Shown in pieces: positions 59,992 through 64,000 of a stretch of DNA of 64,000 nt. Source of the stretch: Leptogorgia sarmentosa (lineage: Eukaryota); assembly GCA_964658305.1 (NCBI GenBank), contig OZ210885.1, positions 13,206,001 through 13,270,000 of the forward strand, in the 5' to 3' direction. Made by a program: the position numbers and the translations under genes. Below the pieces are notes generated by a model that saw nothing but the letters and a program-made list of their open reading frames with translations, was not told the DNA's origin and made no database searches. The number at the start of each line of letters is the position of its first letter. Position 1 is the stretch's first letter.

Positions 59992-60102
59992 TTATACAAA
60001 TAATGAATGTTTATGAGTGCAATGGTAAGAATATTTTCATGAGGTGAAAGATGAAAATATTCTTACCATTGCACTCATAAACATTCATTATTTGTATAAT
60101 AT
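59992..60102. repeat. Near-perfect ~110-bp palindrome (Crypton-like terminal hairpin)
   Basis: TATACAAATAATGAATGTTTATGAGTGCAATGGTAAGAATATTTTCAT and its reverse complement. Confidence 0.8.
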
Positions 60103-60553
60103 ACAATTTCAGTGGAACATTCAAATATTTTTCAATAACCCGAAATTCCTGAAATACTTGGAATGCTGGTTGTTTTGGTAAAAAATAGTCATAATCGAAT
60201 ATTAGTATACCGGGTGTGCCAAAAAACACAAACCATTGAAATTAACGCATTGTTTGTATTTGAATGCCCTAACAATAAGCTAATCCCAGTTTCGTTCTAA
60301 ACAATCTGGACGCAGAATACAAGTATGTCTTAATTTCTTAATCGCTGTTTACAGATCTTTGACTTCCAAGGGCTCTCAAATTGCAACAATTCGTTAATTT
60401 CATTGTATTTTGGGTTTTTTGAGTCTTTATTTTACTTTATATCATATTTTAGACTATTATTCATTGCCAGAAATATTGATATTGCTACTCCACATACCCT
60501 TGTTTCCACGTTTAATATTCATTTCAGACAATGTTGGAATTCCTCTTAAGTCT

Positions 60554-60867
60554 TCAACCTTCTTTTGAATGCGAGGAGAACTTATTAAGACGAAGGAAGC
60601 AGACCCGACCTCCTTCCAGGCCAACACAAACCATTCCATTTGAGCCACATGCGATGGCTAAAAGATACCGGTCGAAATGAAACTCTTCAACACATACTCC
60701 ATTTGGTAGGTTCCACAGTTTCAGCGTCTTGTCATCTTCCGAGCATGACAAAAGAAACTCACCACCAGGCGCTAATGCCAACGCTTTGATATCCTCAGCA
60801 TCTTTAATTGGAAATCTGTGGAGAACCTTTCCAGTTCTGAAGTTCTCAAGCGCCAAGAAACCATGAC
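60554..60867 (-). CDS. Terminal exon of a paralogous WD40 gene (upstream exons beyond the right edge or lost)
   Basis: ENFRTGKVL.RFPI..KTLKLWNLPNG.CVEEFHFDR..LAIACGSNGMVCVGLEGGRVCFLRLNK nearly identical to 26596-26954; same ttttag|GT acceptor. Confidence 0.85.
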
Positions 60868-61161
60868 CTAAAAGTGTGATTTAAAATTTTTAAATCTGTT
60901 AAGGCAATGTTACGCGAGGCAATTTTTGTGATCAATTTTGGGTTGATAGCCATGTTTCATATTTATAGTGACTGTTACGAGGCGCGTTAATGCTCTCATA
61001 GAAATTAGTAATAGGTGCGGGCGTAAATTTAGGAATGCGCGGGTATTTTTGACACCTCAACTTTCCTGCAAGTGTCAAAACTTCCCGCGCATCCCAGAAT
61101 ATGCGCCCGGAGACATTAGTATAATTTCTATTAAAAGCATAAAGCGCCTGTGGGGGAGGTA

Positions 61162-62977
61162 CACTGTGAAAACAGATTGGTTAAAATGACCATTTTTTAG
61201 GTTGCAACCAATGTCAATTGGTCATTTAAACCAATTCACAATTGGTTAATATATATGACCAATTAAATATTTGTCACTTTTACCAATAAGTTATTGGTAA
61301 CTAACTCCTATTAGTTTTAAAACGCGAATGTTTCGTATGCGTCATCACCTTAATCACGGGACGCAAATTATGCAGCCTGGTGTCAATCACATGTCAATCC
61401 AGTTGCGCCCAGGGAATCGTCTTTTTTAGTTAGTTGCGTGACTCTAGTAAGGTCATTCTCTAGTACGTTTCGTCGTGTAAGGACAAGTTTTTCTATCCGC
61501 TATCGACTATCGTCATAGCAGTGAAATATTGAAGTATTCAAGTATCATTCTATCTACAACGTTTTCTACGTACTACGTACTCGCAGTGGTTTTCAAGCGA
61601 TATATAGTGAAGTCATTTGGTGCGCGTGTAAACCAACGTGAGTACACATTTTGACCTTTCTTGTTCATTGCAATTGTACGTCTTATATGTCGTTAAATGA
61701 TTTAGTTGTTGTATATATCCAATTGAAATATTCTCTTAATGTTTAGCTAATGCATGTTAGGTTATGATCTAGTTCATTTAGTTATACAGGGTGTCTCAAA
61801 AAAAAGGTAATCGAACTTTGGCATGCCATTGTGCGTTGATTACTGGGTGTATGAACGTGATTTTTGCATGGTCATAAAGATCAAGGTCTTAGCAGTTGAA
61901 TGATATATTTGTTGTACGATATGGAAGAAAATCAGGCAAATGCGAGCGTGTTGAAAAATCTCGGTGGAAAACGCATTCTTTCACCTCTGTGCCTAATTAA
62001 AGCAGTGCATAACAAAAGAAAATGCAATTCATCGCGAATGTGTCATGGTAACAAAGATTTTATCAGGATTATTAATAATTATGCATAATCAGGTCGATTG
62101 TTGAAGGGAAGGTCGTCATCTTCGAGTCCCAGAGGGAGTTAATTTTGAATAAGTTTAGCTGCAATTCTCAGAGGTGAAAGAATGCGTTTTTCACCGAGAT
62201 TTTTCAACACGCTCGCATTTGCCTGATTTTCTTCCATATCGTACAAGAAATATGTCATTCAACTGCTAAGTCCTTGATCTTTATGACCATGCAAAAATCA
62301 CGTTCGTACACCCAGTAATTAACGCACAATGGCATGTCAAAGTTGGATTACCTTTTTTTTGAGACACCCTGTAGTTGTGCGTATTCGCCGTGCGATCGCG
62401 TGCTTCATGATATAGTCAGGCAAGAGTGTTTTTCGTAGTTTAAGTAGGTATTTTTCATCGTTGCATTATCTAGTTCGAACTGATTGTATACGATTGTATT
62501 CTATTTCGTAAACATTGGATTGGCATAATGTTTAACCGTATTTACGAGCCGTGTCCGTGTTCAATTGTGTATCATCTATTCTATCGAGTTCGAGTAATCT
62601 GCGCACCATTCAACCCCGAGTGTAATCTTATTGGTTTCAGTCGTTAGTTCAGTCCACTCATTTTCCGCCAGTGAGATTACAACTCCAACCAATTCAAAAT
62701 TGGTCAAATATGTAATATTCGGCAAAGACTGATACTAGTTTTTATCGTTATAAGCTGTTTATAATTATGAAGTTTAGCGATGAGTCATGGGCTAAATGCG
62801 GTTTCCATCGAAAGCCCTGTGTAAAAATCGCTCATTAATTAGAATTTATTTGGAAAATGGAATGTTAAAAACTTAACAGTTAATCCACTACACAATGAAA
62901 TTATTTCAATGTCCTTGAAATAGAGGTGTGAGTATAAAACGCGCTTTGTCAAAACATTGATACATATTGTTTTTAAA
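61162..62977. mobile_element. CACTG-starting insertion (EnSpm-like left end, right end missing) in the paralog intron
   Basis: TA|CACTGTGAAAACAGATTGG with ACCAAT subterminal repeats; absent at the homologous + paralog site (~25980). Confidence 0.5.
61787..62371. mobile_element. Tc1/mariner-type MITE
   Basis: TIR CAGGGTGTCTCAAAAAAAAGGTAATC, TA TSD, long inverted arms. Confidence 0.9.
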
Positions 62978-63241
62978 AAATTTAGAAATGCGCGGGTAGT
63001 TTTGACACCTCAACTTTCCCGCAAGTGTCAAAACTTCCCCGCGCATCTCAGAATTTGCGCCCGCAAAACATTAGTATAATTTCTATTAAAAGCATAAAGC
63101 GCGTGTGGAGCAGGTAGGGTCCAGAGGTCAGGTTATTTAAGTAGCTGTCTCAGAAATTGTTCACGTAGACCGCTACTACACTCCCTTTTCACTATTCTTT
63201 ACATGACATACTAATTAGGGAATATTAATAAAAGGGACTTA

Positions 63242-63383
63242 GGCCTGTTTCAGACGTCGAACTTTAGTCGCGTCGAATGCAATTAAAACAATAGATAATG
63301 AGATAACTTGCCTCATTATCAGCTCATTATCCTTTGTCTGAATTGCATTCGACGCGACTAAAGTTCGACGTTTGAAACAGGCC
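63242..63383. mobile_element. PIF/Harbinger-type MITE
   Basis: TIR GGCCTGTTTCA(G/A)ACGTCGAACTTTAGTCGCG, TTA TSD; empty site present in the + paralog near 25847. Confidence 0.9.
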
Positions 63384-64000
63384 TTATGTGCACAAATTTT
63401 CAGCGAGTCTTATCTAAAAACATAGCTTTAAATCAGACGTTTCGTAACATGCAGCTAAAACTGCCTGATCGAAGGGTCAATTAGTCAAGGAATATTGCTG
63501 ACTCATATAGCCGATATGCAAACATGCCTATCTATAAGGTGATCTCAATACACTCAAGGACTGCGACTAGATGTACCATACCATTTTTCGATTGAAACAA
63601 ATGAATTTCTGCCATTATATGCTTTATTCTGATTCCATATTTTTGCCAGAGCTATAATTCTCATAACCAAACATAATTACGAAATTTCAACTAGTTTCAT
63701 ACAGAACAACGGAAGATATAATCGGGTGAATATAGCGAAATGGATTTCTATTCGGACAACCCTTTCTGAGTGCTGACTGGCTGTAACACGAACCACTGAG
63801 CTAAAGAAAGACTGCAGAGAGCGCTCGTATCAATTTTCTCATAAAAGATTGAGGCTTAATTGCAGGATTCGCATAATCCAGTGTTTCTCAGATCAGGGAG
63901 TTGTCTATCCACGACAGGTCTTCCAACTTGCCTTGGGTTTTTATTTTCTCGGGTGAAAATTCCGGGCGGACTTACAACCCTCGCCAGGCCTTACTCTCGT

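Overview
AT-rich, intron-containing eukaryotic (animal) DNA; the repeat repertoire suggests a marine invertebrate, possibly a cnidarian (inference only). Contents: (1) the last nine exons of a WD40-repeat gene on + (1.8-27 kb), with splice phases consistent across all junctions, and the last exon of a diverged paralog on - (60.5-60.9 kb), arranged tail-to-tail; (2) an intact-looking Crypton tyrosine-recombinase transposon in an intron, plus about 10 non-autonomous hairpin relatives, one of which interrupts an alpha-1,3-fucosyltransferase exon such that removing it restores the reading frame; (3) a 5.0-kb element with CACGGTGGCC terminal inverted repeats encoding a spliced RAG1/Transib/Chapaev-type DDE transposase and a convergent ~246-aa ORF of unknown function, which is the most interesting feature; (4) a 12.4-kb cluster of about 40 tRNA genes and pseudogenes built by tandem and inverted duplication; (5) a 5'-truncated, frameshifted hAT transposon, many MITEs with identifiable target-site duplications, a 1212-bp A-B-A-B-A tandem repeat and a 26-bp minisatellite. 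All coordinates were read by eye and may be off by a few bases.
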